DNA of 64,000 nucleotides from the IMG/VR virus record IMGVR_UViG_3300036851_000400, positions 4,028-68,027 of that record; one strand, given 5' to 3'. The stretch is from a virus. This document shows positions 49,909 through 59,735 of this stretch, in pieces. The notes beneath the pieces were generated by a model. The model was given only the letters and a program-made list of their open reading frames with translations. It did no database searches and had not been told where the DNA came from. The first letter of the stretch is position 1. The number at the start of each line of letters is the position of its first letter. Both the position numbers and the translations under genes were made by a program.

Positions 49909-50080
49909 GGACGATAATTTCCGAGGAGTGGATGGTGCAACGCCGGGCTTTCATGATCCTCAGTCGTCTGGCGAGAATCGCTCTGGCACTACGGCTGCAG
50001 AGACTCCACCGGCTTTTCTGCTTTGCGGCGACCGATTGTTTCAATCGAGCGGATAGAGAGTTCGACCACTGGAGGCTACA

Positions 50081-50596
50081 GTGCCCACCTTTTGGGAATT
50101 CCTGACCCGCGATGAGCTCCGCCTCTGCTTCGTCATCGGCTTCCTTGAGAACGCGCAGGGCTTCGGCGGCGCGTACCCGACCGAGAAGTACGCCTCCCCC
50201 GGCGCCGAGGGCAGAACGAGCTACTGGATTGAGCTGTTCCGGAGAGCGATTCGCTACCTGGCGCTGGACTGCGGCTTCACGTTCACAGGCTTGCAGGTCC
50301 AGAGGGATGGATCGATCCTCGCCAAACCAGTTGAGCCGCGAAACCGGGTCTATCAGGTGCTCTTCGATGCTGGAGACATCCCCGACCTCGAGGGGGCGCT
50401 GCGGGACTCCATCGTCTTCGCCGAGCGTGAAATCACAGGGTTCCATGTGGAACCTCTGCGCGAGGCCCTAGCGAAGGTTGAGGCCGACATCAAGGCGCTG
50501 CCGAAGGGGATTGACCGGGAGAAGATGGCAGGCATTCGGAAACTGCGACGGGATGCGGTGCGGGAATTCATGAACGACCGAGTAAAGGAGGTGTAA
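50081..50596 (+). CDS. Hypothetical protein
   Basis: GGAGG RBS before GTG. Confidence 0.55.
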   Translation: MPTFWEFLTRDELRLCFVIGFLENAQGFGGAYPTEKYASPGAEGRTSYWIELFRRAIRYLALDCGFTFTGLQVQRDGSILAKPVEPRNRVYQVLFDAGDIPDLEGALRDSIVFAEREITGFHVEPLREALAKVEADIKALPKGIDREKMAGIRKLRRDAVREFMNDRVKEV

Positions 50597-50812
50597 CGTG
50601 CCACGTGGGAGCCGAGTCGAAAAGGTATATCAGGCCATCGTCCGTGAGACCGGCGACAAGGGCAAGGCCGCCCGGATCGCGCAATCCCAGACCCACCAAT
50701 CACTACAGACCGGCAAGAAACTTCCGCCGAAGGGAGGCAAGAAAAGGTGAGCGATGTGAGGGCGCCGTGGTGCATCTACGAACGGATCGAATGGGACAAG
50801 GGGGAGATACCA

Positions 50813-51013
50813 ATGAGCGACAGAGCAGAACGGATGAAGGAAGCCTTTGCGCACAGCTCGACCGCGACAAGCGAGCTGCGTGTTTTAGAGGTTGTTTCGG
50901 CCGAGATCGATGATCTGGAGGCCCGAATCTCTGGCAAGGGCGCCAGGATACCGACGGGGCGCACACGGGTCATCCCCAAGCAACCGCTGAAGAAGGGAGG
51001 AAAGAAGCGATGA
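50813..51013 (+). CDS. Small coiled-coil protein (paralog 1)
   Basis: MSDRAERMK...LRVLEVVSAEIDDLEARIS. Confidence 0.55.
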   Translation: MSDRAERMKEAFAHSSTATSELRVLEVVSAEIDDLEARISGKGARIPTGRTRVIPKQPLKKGGKKR

Positions 51014-51222
51014 GCGATCGAGCCGGACGGATGAAGTACGAGTTGCTGAAGAAGACGGGCGGGGCGGTCGACGCCGAGATGCGCCTGCTTGAGGTGGTAG
51101 CCGCAGAAATGGATGATCTCGAAGCGCGCACTTCCGCCGTGCGCGCCCGCGAAGAGGACGTGGCGAAGTGGACCGGCGGCGCTGGAATCATCGAGGAAGA
51201 GGTGAAGGGAGAGCCGGCGTGA
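51010..51222 (+). CDS. Small coiled-coil protein (paralog 2)
   Basis: MSDRAGRMK...MRLLEVVAAEMDDLEARTS. Confidence 0.6.
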   Translation: MSDRAGRMKYELLKKTGGAVDAEMRLLEVVAAEMDDLEARTSAVRAREEDVAKWTGGAGIIEEEVKGEPA

Positions 51223-51953
51223 GCGAGGCGGCGCGGCTGGAAAGCGAGGCGAGGGCGAGATCCATCTTCGTCCCCGCCTTCGGTTATCTTCTTGTCCACC
51301 GGGACGAGCAGTCGGAAGTCGTCGGGCGGAGCGGTTTGATTGCTCCACAGGCCAGCCTCGAAGCGATCAAGCCCAACACGGGAAAGATCATCGCCGCCGG
51401 CCCTGAGGCGCCGTCGTGCTATGCCCCTGGTGTCCGCGTTGCCTTCTCGCTCTACTCTGGTTCGAAGCTCACCCTGGCTGGCGATCCCGACTACGTGCTC
51501 CTGCCATCCTCCGAGGTCATGGCCTACGCCGTCGAGTGGAACGGATCCATGGCCGACGAAGATGCGCTGGCCTACCTCCTGCCGCCACCGGGCCAGATGT
51601 TTGCCGAGCGCCTCCAGGATGACGAAGGGCTGATCGCGCTCACCGACAACGCCCGCACGAGCACTCGGTCTCCAGTCGCCGAGGTCCTGAAGAAATCTCC
51701 GAGTTGTGGCGGTCCGTTCGACGAGGGGGATCGCGTCCTCCTCTCGCCCGCTGTCTCGAAGGGCTTCGGGCTCGGCTTCACGGGTGAACGACCAATCCAT
51801 ACGATCGTGCCGGCGCAGGCTCTCGGCTGGTACAACAGCCCCGGCGCCGAGGTAGGCATGGCGCCGGATCCCCGAGAGGCTATCCGCTCCATCAGAGCAG
51901 AGACTGCGTTGGATGACCGATTCGATGAAGGGGATCGCCGGGCGCCGCGATGA
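51219..51953 (+). CDS. GroES/Cpn10-like protein, apparently two tandem domains
   Basis: PAFGYLLVHRD...SGLIAP...TGKIIAAGP...PGVRVAFSLYSG...YVLLPSSEVMA; second PPPGQMFAER...GLIALT...EVL...EGDRVLL. Confidence 0.65.
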   Translation: MSEAARLESEARARSIFVPAFGYLLVHRDEQSEVVGRSGLIAPQASLEAIKPNTGKIIAAGPEAPSCYAPGVRVAFSLYSGSKLTLAGDPDYVLLPSSEVMAYAVEWNGSMADEDALAYLLPPPGQMFAERLQDDEGLIALTDNARTSTRSPVAEVLKKSPSCGGPFDEGDRVLLSPAVSKGFGLGFTGERPIHTIVPAQALGWYNSPGAEVGMAPDPREAIRSIRAETALDDRFDEGDRRAPR

Positions 51954-52684
51954 TTGAAGATCTTACAAGCGAGCAGGCTCAGAACTGCAAGAATGTTCTA
52001 GGATCGCCAATACTAGGCTACAAAGATCGTAGATTCGCGGCGAAGCGGATCGAGGCGCATTTGGACAAGCACCCGGACATCGTAGAGAGCTGCGTGGTCT
52101 ACAGACCAGGCCGCGGTGAAATCACGGCGTTCCTGGTACCGGTCTCGCCGCGAGCGGCTGCGGTAGATCGCTCCCATCGCGTGCGGAACTTGCGGCGGTA
52201 TCTCCTGAAGTGTGGCCTCCCTGAATACATGGTGCCTCGCCACTACCGGATCGCGGAGAAGCTGCCGCGGCGGCGCGGCCACTTGGACCGTGCTCGCCTC
52301 GCCAAGTTCGGAGCTCCGAAGCCGGCCAAGCCGCCGAAGCAAGCGCCCCTGATCTGGTCTCCGTTGTCGGTCTTCGCCTTCGAGGGATTCTTGTGGGACA
52401 GGATCGGCTACAACGGCCATGGGACGCAGACCTTCATCGTGGCCCATTGCCGGGCGGGCGATTCTAGGACGCGGGTCCACCTACCTGTCCAGTTCCCGAA
52501 AAGATTGACCGCCGGCCTGCGGCTTGGCCTTCATGTTGCCGTCGAAGGCGAGATCAGGGGCATTCCAAGAAGGAAACCTGGCGCGCTCTTTCGCGCGACC
52601 AGTTGGACGAAAACCGAGCAGCGGACCCGGATCCCGCTCGACAGGACTGATCTGCTCATAGGAGTCCTCGGTGCCAATCCCTGA
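51950..52684 (+). CDS. Protein with AMP-binding-enzyme C-terminal-like subdomain
   Basis: IEAHLDKHPDIVESCVV...ITAFLVP...LRRYL...LPEYMVPRHYRIAEKLP...GHLDRARL. Confidence 0.55.
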   Translation: MIEDLTSEQAQNCKNVLGSPILGYKDRRFAAKRIEAHLDKHPDIVESCVVYRPGRGEITAFLVPVSPRAAAVDRSHRVRNLRRYLLKCGLPEYMVPRHYRIAEKLPRRRGHLDRARLAKFGAPKPAKPPKQAPLIWSPLSVFAFEGFLWDRIGYNGHGTQTFIVAHCRAGDSRTRVHLPVQFPKRLTAGLRLGLHVAVEGEIRGIPRRKPGALFRATSWTKTEQRTRIPLDRTDLLIGVLGANP

Positions 52685-53336
52685 GTCTCGGCCGCCAGCG
52701 CCGAAGAAGGCGCAACTCCCGGCGCGACGGAGAAAGGCGCCGAAACCCGGCCCGCTGGAGGATCACGAGAGCGAAAACTTCATTCTGCTGCTGGCGGAGC
52801 ATTTGCGCTTTTCAGACTTCATCGGGCTTCGGCCGCCACTGACCATTCGCGTCTTTCTGGCGCTACGGAACCTCGCCATCCTGGACCGCTTCTACGGTCT
52901 CACAGATGTCGAGCTCGAGGAGCGCACCGGCAACTCTCCCGAAGAGTTGGCACGGCTTCGCGGACATCTCCACTACACGACGATTCTTGCGGCGACAGAA
53001 GAGAAGGCAGATTATCTCGCTAGACCGCGGACATTCGATAAGTGGGCGGAGGATGTGGAAGACCGCGTGGCCGGCGAGACTCTCGCGGTGGCGCTGACAG
53101 AGGGTAGGCCCAAGGAGAAGCTCGCCGCGCTGGCGGAGTTCTCGGGGCGGAGATCGGCCAAGAAGTCCCGCGATGATGAGACGGGGCCTGTCTTCTACTT
53201 CCCGCCCGACGCGTTGAAACTCATGGGCCTCGCGATCAAGATGCAGCCTCTCTCCGACGAGGGAGGTCCTGACGGTACACGGCTCAACGTGCCGGCGCGG
53301 GAGGCGAAACGAATTGGAGAGGGTGGGCGGGACTGA
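52671..53336 (+). CDS. Possible terminase small subunit
   Basis: Helical protein with HTH-like LTDVELEERTG upstream of terL; call is positional. Confidence 0.4.
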   Translation: MPIPESRPPAPKKAQLPARRRKAPKPGPLEDHESENFILLLAEHLRFSDFIGLRPPLTIRVFLALRNLAILDRFYGLTDVELEERTGNSPEELARLRGHLHYTTILAATEEKADYLARPRTFDKWAEDVEDRVAGETLAVALTEGRPKEKLAALAEFSGRRSAKKSRDDETGPVFYFPPDALKLMGLAIKMQPLSDEGGPDGTRLNVPAREAKRIGEGGRD

Positions 53337-53368
53337 GGGGGCGATGCCCATTCATGGGAGAGGCAAGT

Positions 53369-54337
53369 ATGTCCGGCAATGATCCATTCTTCGAAACCGT
53401 CGGCACGAAACTCCGAAGAGGGGGCGGCCAGGCGGGGATTGCTCCTCAGCAACCGTTCGATTGCATTTTCCGGCCCGCCGGTACGGCCATGTCCGCCTGT
53501 TGGGCGCAAGCTGATAACGCATTTTACGGTGTAGCGAAGGCCCATGAAACGATTCCGCCGGGGCTCTACCGTTGCGAGTTAAGCGATCGGATTGGTCCGG
53601 TTTTCCTGCGGCAGTCAATCGAACTCGACGGCGTCGTGGCCCTTCCGGACTCGGCCAGCGAGGATGTCCTACTGGAAGTACGGTCCTTCCGAGCGATGAA
53701 GTCCGAGTTCGCTGCGCACGGCTTCCTCCATAAGCGTGGAGTCATGCTATGGGGGCCGGCTGGCAGCGGCAAAACGGTGACTGTCCACCAGATCTGCCAG
53801 CTCGTCGTAATGGAGGAGCAGGGTGTGGCTATTCTAGTCGATGCGCCACACCCTGCCGCCGAATGCCTCCAGCTTCTTCGGCGCGTCGAGCCAGAGCGAC
53901 CCGTAGTCGCCATCTTCGAAGATCTCGACGCCCTAGTCCAGCGCTTCGGCGAGAACGAGTATCTCGCGCTGCTCGATGGCGAGGCACAGATCAACAACAT
54001 CGTCTTCGTGGCCACGACGAACTACCCAGAAGATCTCGACGCCCGTTTCGTAGATCGTCCGTCGCGCTTCGACACGGTGAAATACATCGGGATGCCGAAC
54101 CGAGCGGCAAGGGAGATCTTCCTGCGTGCGAAGGCTCCAGCTCTGGTCAACGGCTGCCTGGAAGCCTACGTGGAGGCAAGTGAAGGCTTCAGCATTGCAC
54201 ACCTCAAGGAATTGGTGATTCTGACGCAGTGCTTCGGATATCCCCTTGCCGAGGCTGCGGCGCGCCTCACGAAGATGCGCGTCAAGCCGCGAAGCAGCAG
54301 GAGTCCTGCCGGAGATGCCGCAGGATTTCTCGCCTGA
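53369..54337 (+). CDS. AAA+ ATPase
   Basis: HKRGVMLWGPAGSGKT, IFEDLD, ATTNYPEDLDARFVDRPSRFD. Confidence 0.92.
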   Translation: MSGNDPFFETVGTKLRRGGGQAGIAPQQPFDCIFRPAGTAMSACWAQADNAFYGVAKAHETIPPGLYRCELSDRIGPVFLRQSIELDGVVALPDSASEDVLLEVRSFRAMKSEFAAHGFLHKRGVMLWGPAGSGKTVTVHQICQLVVMEEQGVAILVDAPHPAAECLQLLRRVEPERPVVAIFEDLDALVQRFGENEYLALLDGEAQINNIVFVATTNYPEDLDARFVDRPSRFDTVKYIGMPNRAAREIFLRAKAPALVNGCLEAYVEASEGFSIAHLKELVILTQCFGYPLAEAAARLTKMRVKPRSSRSPAGDAAGFLA

Positions 54338-56064
54338 TGGACATCATCCCCGCCTCGGTCCTGACCGAAGACTATCGCCAGCAAGAGCTGGCAAAGTCCC
54401 GCCGCTCCTTGTTCTACTTCGGCGTCGGCATCTGCGGCCTCGCCGCTGAAGACGAGGATGGCAACCCGACCGTAGGCGAGATCCATCGAGATCTCTGCGC
54501 CTTTCTTGAGGGTCGAGCACCCCATCACCCCTACCTGCGCGCCCTGATCTGCATGGCCCGCGGCACAGCGAAGTCCTTTTGGGTGCGTCTCTACCTCCTA
54601 TGGCGCTGCCTCAACATCGTCAATCTGGCGACGCTCATCCTCTCGAACTCGGCCGAGAACGCGAAGAACCTCCACTTCACCAAGATCATGGACCTCCTCA
54701 CCAACTCGGCGCGGTCAGAATACATCCGCTGGCTTTACCGCCACCGCTTTCCCGCCGGAATGGAGGGCAGCAACAGCGAGCGCCTGAAACTCATCAAGAC
54801 CGATCCGATGGTAGACGACGCGATCACCTACGGTGGAGTTGAAACAAAATTAGAGGGCAAGCATCCAGACATCATAGATGTTGATGACGCCGAGGGTGCT
54901 GATGCCAAAAAATCAACACTGCCGAACCAGCAATCCTTCGAGTTGGTGCAGCGGGCGATTCCCCTTCTCCGCTACCCCGCCCAAAGCCAGCTTATCGTGG
55001 TGGGTACACCGTGGGGGCGCAAGCCGCTCGTCTACCAGATCCGCGAGAGCTCCCGTTGGCGAACGGAGGCCGACAACGAGAGCAGCTCGTGGAAGATTTT
55101 CTGGCGGCCAATCTGGGATAGGGAAGGCAAGTCCATATGGCCGGAGCGCTTTCCTGAGTGGTACATCTCCGAGGTCCTGTCGAAGGATCCGATCTTCGGC
55201 ACGCAGTATCTGCTCCTGCGCGAGGACAACGAAAATCCACTCTTCGACATGTCGGCCGTTACTGCGGCCGCCTATCGGTGGGCCAATCCGGCGCGCACGC
55301 TCATCAAATACAGCTCCTTCAAATTCGATCCTGACGACTTGACGGAGGATGGCTACGTTCGCCCGGTCCCGATTGAGTCCGTGGTTCCTCTCTCCAAGTT
55401 GACGATCTACCTCCATTTCGATCCGCTCCACCGGCTGAAGGCGCATCGCCGGGCTTCAACCACGACCGAGCGCCCCACTACGGCGGCGATCGTCGTCGTC
55501 GGCGTAGCTCCAGACGGCCACGCATTCGTCCTGGACCGCTGGACCGGAGATGCAGACCTCCACGGCCAGGCGTCGGAATTACTGCGCTTGTACCGTCTCT
55601 GGCCGGCGAAGCTCATAACCTGGGAGAGCATCGGTGCGCAGCACTGGTTGCTTTCCTTCGTCGAGTCCCAGGAGCGCAATAATCCGAACTGGATGTCTCC
55701 GGTCTCCAATGGTCGGATCAGCCGCGGCGTAAAGCTGCCTCGCCTTTCTCATCGCATGCAAGAGGGCGAGAAGACGACTGAGAGCAAGCTGTGGGTCTTC
55801 CGCGAGATCCTGAGCCCCTGGCTCAACAACGGGGCTTTGCATATCGGCCCGGAGGATCAGAGGGGCGAGCTGTTCCGTCAGCTCGAGGGCGCGATGAATG
55901 AGGACGTAGCGTGCGACCTGGCGGACGCCCTAGCGCAGGGGCCAGCCCACTGGAAGCCGTCGCTCGCCGAGGTGGCGGGGCGGGAGTTCGAGAGCCGGCG
56001 CCGGTATGTCGATGCGTTTGCGCGGAGAACCCTGGAGCGAGTGCGACCGAAGTGGCGGGGTTGA
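54337..56064 (+). CDS. terL: Terminase large subunit
   Basis: MARGTAKS Walker A, GKHPDIIDVDD Walker B, VVGTPW, IWPERF, FDP...TAAIVVVG, WES, DLADALA nuclease motifs. Confidence 0.9.
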   Translation: MDIIPASVLTEDYRQQELAKSRRSLFYFGVGICGLAAEDEDGNPTVGEIHRDLCAFLEGRAPHHPYLRALICMARGTAKSFWVRLYLLWRCLNIVNLATLILSNSAENAKNLHFTKIMDLLTNSARSEYIRWLYRHRFPAGMEGSNSERLKLIKTDPMVDDAITYGGVETKLEGKHPDIIDVDDAEGADAKKSTLPNQQSFELVQRAIPLLRYPAQSQLIVVGTPWGRKPLVYQIRESSRWRTEADNESSSWKIFWRPIWDREGKSIWPERFPEWYISEVLSKDPIFGTQYLLLREDNENPLFDMSAVTAAAYRWANPARTLIKYSSFKFDPDDLTEDGYVRPVPIESVVPLSKLTIYLHFDPLHRLKAHRRASTTTERPTTAAIVVVGVAPDGHAFVLDRWTGDADLHGQASELLRLYRLWPAKLITWESIGAQHWLLSFVESQERNNPNWMSPVSNGRISRGVKLPRLSHRMQEGEKTTESKLWVFREILSPWLNNGALHIGPEDQRGELFRQLEGAMNEDVACDLADALAQGPAHWKPSLAEVAGREFESRRRYVDAFARRTLERVRPKWRG

Positions 56065-56089
56065 ACGGCTGTCGTAGTACACTTTCCCC

Positions 56090-56494
56090 ATGGCAAAACC
56101 AGAAGACGAGATCCCAGCAGTCGACCGCGGAACGCCGGAACTAGATCCGCCTCCGCTTCCGCTCTCTGATGAGGCGGTCCACGCCGCTCGGAAGGGGCGC
56201 GCCGAGAAGAGCCACCCCCGCAAAGTGGACATCACGCCGGCCGTCAAGCTGGACTTCGAGAGGCTGAAACCGGGGATCGAGGGCGCGCTCGACGAGTTCC
56301 TGGCCGAGCGCAAGGCCGCAGACCTTCCCCTCCCCGACCGCCAGGAGATGCTGGACCGGGCTGAGCATCTGCTAAGCCAGGTCGACCCGACACGCCTCGT
56401 CGGTATCAACTCCCTCGGGAGGAATCGACGGCTGGTGCTTCACCACAAGAACACGCCGCCCTACTTCGGGATGGGCACAGAGGGTGAATCGTGA
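56090..56494 (+). CDS. Hypothetical protein
   Basis: TACACT -10 box 6 nt before ATG. Confidence 0.55.
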   Translation: MAKPEDEIPAVDRGTPELDPPPLPLSDEAVHAARKGRAEKSHPRKVDITPAVKLDFERLKPGIEGALDEFLAERKAADLPLPDRQEMLDRAEHLLSQVDPTRLVGINSLGRNRRLVLHHKNTPPYFGMGTEGES

Positions 56495-56865
56495 ACGAGC
56501 GGATGACGGTACAACGCCTTTCGGAGATCCTCGCTGCCGAGGCCGCTGAGGGCCATGGTGACCACCTCGTGACATTCGGTCCGGACAAGCGCAACTGGTG
56601 CTATATTGGTTCACAGATCGGTTATTCGGGCATATCGGCCGGATACGTGCTTGAGCTTGAGCCCGAAAGCGCCTGCTCTGACCCTTGGACGAAATCCGCG
56701 TGGCGCTTCGAGCCCCTTCCGTTGCCGCAACTCCTTCTGGTCTTCGAGTCGCGCGTTGAGCTTCTGGATTTCCTGAAGTCCGACGCCTACACGGCCTGGA
56801 TGCCATGGGAAGATAAGCTCACCTACTTCGGCATTCCGGCGGATTTCTTCGGCGACGAGTCCTGA
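56491..56865 (+). CDS. Hypothetical protein
   Basis: GTGA overlap. Confidence 0.5.
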   Translation: MNERMTVQRLSEILAAEAAEGHGDHLVTFGPDKRNWCYIGSQIGYSGISAGYVLELEPESACSDPWTKSAWRFEPLPLPQLLLVFESRVELLDFLKSDAYTAWMPWEDKLTYFGIPADFFGDES

Positions 56866-56868
56866 CCT

Positions 56869-58779
56869 ATGCCAGCACAGATTCGCAGGTTTTACCGCAA
56901 CCTCGCGCTCGGCTACCACCAGACCCTCCCCCCGCGCTCTATGGATCCGGAGGCGGGATCGCCGTACATCTTCCGAGATGCCCTGAACCTCGTTGAGCGC
57001 GACGGCGAGCTCCAGCCGCGACCGGCTTTCATTCCGCCCGGTCCCGGCCTCACGCCGGACTACAACTTCCTGCCCGGCACTGGTGACGACAGCGAGACGC
57101 CAGTTCAGGTGATCATGGTTCCCTTTGTGACTGCGGCTGGAGCGAGCGACATCTGCTTCATCTACGTCACCAACCGGAATATCTGGGTGCGACCCGGCCT
57201 CTCAGGGGCTAAATTCCTCGCTACGCCAATCTACACCACCGGAACCATCACCGCCACCAACGGCAGCGCGAGCATCTCGGGGGCCGGCGGCATGCTCTGG
57301 CAGACGCATGGCATCACGGCCAATGCCCTCATTCTCATCTCCGGCACATACTACAAGATCGCCTCGATCACGGGCGAGACGACGGCAACGCTCAGCTCGA
57401 ATTTCACCGGCACGACCGGCGGCGGTTTGGCCTACAAGATCGTACGCGTCTTTCCAGGCGGCGGAGCAAAAGGCTCGCCGGCCGACGTGAACAACGTCTT
57501 TGGGGTAGTGGCGACAGGCCCCGGCAACGGGACTCTCTACGTCGCCGGCAGCTACTGCGGCACGTCATCTTCGGCGGCGGCGGTCCCTGCCGTCATCAAG
57601 GTCGAGAACATCTTCGGTGGACCCGGAGCCGGGGTCTATATTTTCGCGAAGAATCTCCTAGCGGCAGGCCTGGACAACGCTTCCGAGTTCAACCGCTGCT
57701 GCGGCCTGCGGGTCTTGCAGGACGGCCGGGTGATCGTGGCCGGCCAGCAGAACTTGGTCTTCGACTCGTCGCATCTGAACGATGCGGTCTGGACCGTCTC
57801 GCCGGGGGGGGTGTCAATCATCAACTTATCGGCGCCGCGGATCAACGCCATGGGCTCAATCGGTAACACGATCACGCTTCATGACGACAACGGAGTGGTG
57901 CTCGGCTACCCGACCGGCCTTTCGGACCCGCCGTTGCGCTATCAGCGCTCCCTCGCCTCGATCGGCGTGCGCGCCCCCAGGACGCTCAGGGAGATGGATG
58001 GCGCCGAGTACGGAATGGCCTCGACCGGCAGTGTCATCCAATTCGACCTCAACCGCAGCGTCGTCATCAGCGACCCCATCAAGCCGAGCCTCGAGGCCGT
58101 CTCCGCACCCGACTTCGACACCTGGCACGCATCCGTAGACGTGGCGTGGAAGTGGTACGCGCTCTACGCCCCGTCCACCGCTACGACTCTCGGGTGGTTG
58201 TACCAGACCGAAAGCGGACGCTGGTGGCCTCAGGGCTACGCAGTGCCGATCGGAGCCGTCTCCGACCACTCCTACGCGCTTGCCATCAGCGCGAACGTCC
58301 TGCGCGGCCTGGCCGGCCTCTGGAATCTCGACGCTTCGGTAGAACAAACCGACGCCTTCAGAGTCTTTGAGTTCGATGCCGCACCGGACAGCGGGCGCTA
58401 TGCAGGCGTCACCACGACGACATACCGCTTCACGACGGAGGATCTGGACTTCGGGGCTCCGGAGGTCTTCAAGTGCGCCCATCGGCTGGTTCTGTGGGGC
58501 TACCGAGCGACTACCTCGTTCGGGGGCACCGGCACGATCGCCATCACCGTCAGCGTCTCCCGCGACGGGGGCAAGAACTGGACTGCCCTGCCCGCCCAGA
58601 ACTGGCCGACCACGACTGACGCTGAAGACGTTCTCCAGTTCTCCTTCGACGAACTGGCGCCGGGGGCGGGGACGGCCCTGCGCTTCCGAGTGGAGGTGAC
58701 AGACGCCAGATTGCTGCGATTCCGGCGGATGTTGATCGTGGCGCTTGAGTCGGGACCGGAAGAGCAGGTCTCGCTCTAA
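56869..58779 (+). CDS. Tail nozzle/DNA-stabilisation protein (P22 gp10/T7 gp12-like beta-propeller)
   Basis: DALNLVERDGELQPRP, SIGVRAPRT, LYQTESGRWW, TEDLDFGAP..FK, SVSRDGGKNW, LRFRVE. Confidence 0.65.
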   Translation: MPAQIRRFYRNLALGYHQTLPPRSMDPEAGSPYIFRDALNLVERDGELQPRPAFIPPGPGLTPDYNFLPGTGDDSETPVQVIMVPFVTAAGASDICFIYVTNRNIWVRPGLSGAKFLATPIYTTGTITATNGSASISGAGGMLWQTHGITANALILISGTYYKIASITGETTATLSSNFTGTTGGGLAYKIVRVFPGGGAKGSPADVNNVFGVVATGPGNGTLYVAGSYCGTSSSAAAVPAVIKVENIFGGPGAGVYIFAKNLLAAGLDNASEFNRCCGLRVLQDGRVIVAGQQNLVFDSSHLNDAVWTVSPGGVSIINLSAPRINAMGSIGNTITLHDDNGVVLGYPTGLSDPPLRYQRSLASIGVRAPRTLREMDGAEYGMASTGSVIQFDLNRSVVISDPIKPSLEAVSAPDFDTWHASVDVAWKWYALYAPSTATTLGWLYQTESGRWWPQGYAVPIGAVSDHSYALAISANVLRGLAGLWNLDASVEQTDAFRVFEFDAAPDSGRYAGVTTTTYRFTTEDLDFGAPEVFKCAHRLVLWGYRATTSFGGTGTIAITVSVSRDGGKNWTALPAQNWPTTTDAEDVLQFSFDELAPGAGTALRFRVEVTDARLLRFRRMLIVALESGPEEQVSL

Positions 58780-58800
58780 GGTGGCACAGGGCGAAGTGGG

Positions 58801-59181
58801 TTACGGCGCGTGGGGATCGGTCCAACATCTGGGCTCCTCCTGCCATCCCAAGCCCTCTTGCCAGCATTGCAGCACCCCAATTGCCACGCGCTGAATTGGC
58901 AGGCCGCGCTCATCGAATGCGTAAATCCAGCCGCGCTCCATGTTCTCCAGGCGTGGCAAGAGATCCCTGAGTCGCGCGGCGGCTTCCTGCCAATTCTCCG
59001 GCTTAGCGTAAACCTCCCACGTACCGCCAAGGCCCCACAGCACGCGGAGCGGAATTCCCGGACTCTCCGTAGGGGTCGTGTTGGTGATCTCTAGGCGGAA
59101 TTCTTTCGGCGCCGCTTGAAAGATCATCTCTTCGGCCTCCCGGTAAACCACGGGTGGATCACACCTATCTCCTACTCTCAT
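58801..59181 (-). CDS. Hypothetical protein
   Basis: ATGA overlap with the upstream ORF. Confidence 0.45.
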   Translation of the reverse strand: MRVGDRCDPPVVYREAEEMIFQAAPKEFRLEITNTTPTESPGIPLRVLWGLGGTWEVYAKPENWQEAAARLRDLLPRLENMERGWIYAFDERGLPIQRVAIGVLQCWQEGLGWQEEPRCWTDPHAP

Positions 59182-59735
59182 CTGCCTTCAGGATAGCATG
59201 GATGTTGGGGACGGGTGGTTCCCGGAGCCCGCGGCGGTCCACCATGGTGATCCTCAAAGACGTCTGGCAGATCAGTCTGTCCGCGCCCGCGCCAGTAATT
59301 CTCGCGAGAAATGGCGTCCTCCAAGGCATAGGCCGGCCTGCAGATCAGCTTACGGTCAAGATCGAGACGCTGAGCCCAATCGTGCAGCCTTGCGGTGAGC
59401 TGCTGACCGTAATAGAAGTTGTGCCCGGCCAAGGCGACCGCGCGGCCCTGAGCCATTGCGACGAGTGCGCGGAGTAGCATTCGGGTCGTGCGGCCAGAAG
59501 CGCGGCGCCATGGACCGCCAGCCCTCCTCTCGAACTCGTCGGGGTTCATCAAGCCGCCGCTGGTCCCCTTCCTCGAAGTGGCCCAGTGCATATCATGCCC
59601 GAGGGCGTGGCACCCGGCGCGCGGGCCGAAGAGCGCCACCAGGATCCAGCGCAGAATCCGGGCGAGTCGCGTTTGGTCGAGGCGGATGTCGGACGCGCTC
59701 ATTCGTGCGAACTCCTCGATAGCCGTTCCTTTCAT
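59178..59735 (-). CDS. Hypothetical protein with degenerate P-loop-like RASGRTT
   Basis: RRASGRTTRML...VFEDHH; TATTAT -10 box 7 nt upstream. Confidence 0.5.
   Translation of the reverse strand: MKGTAIEEFARMSASDIRLDQTRLARILRWILVALFGPRAGCHALGHDMHWATSRKGTSGGLMNPDEFERRAGGPWRRASGRTTRMLLRALVAMAQGRAVALAGHNFYYGQQLTARLHDWAQRLDLDRKLICRPAYALEDAISRENYWRGRGQTDLPDVFEDHHGGPPRAPGTTRPQHPCYPEGR

Noticed and set aside
54337-56064. Intein or intron in the terminase (portal and capsid also checked)
   Set aside because: Normal lengths and no C...HN/[CST] splice motifs
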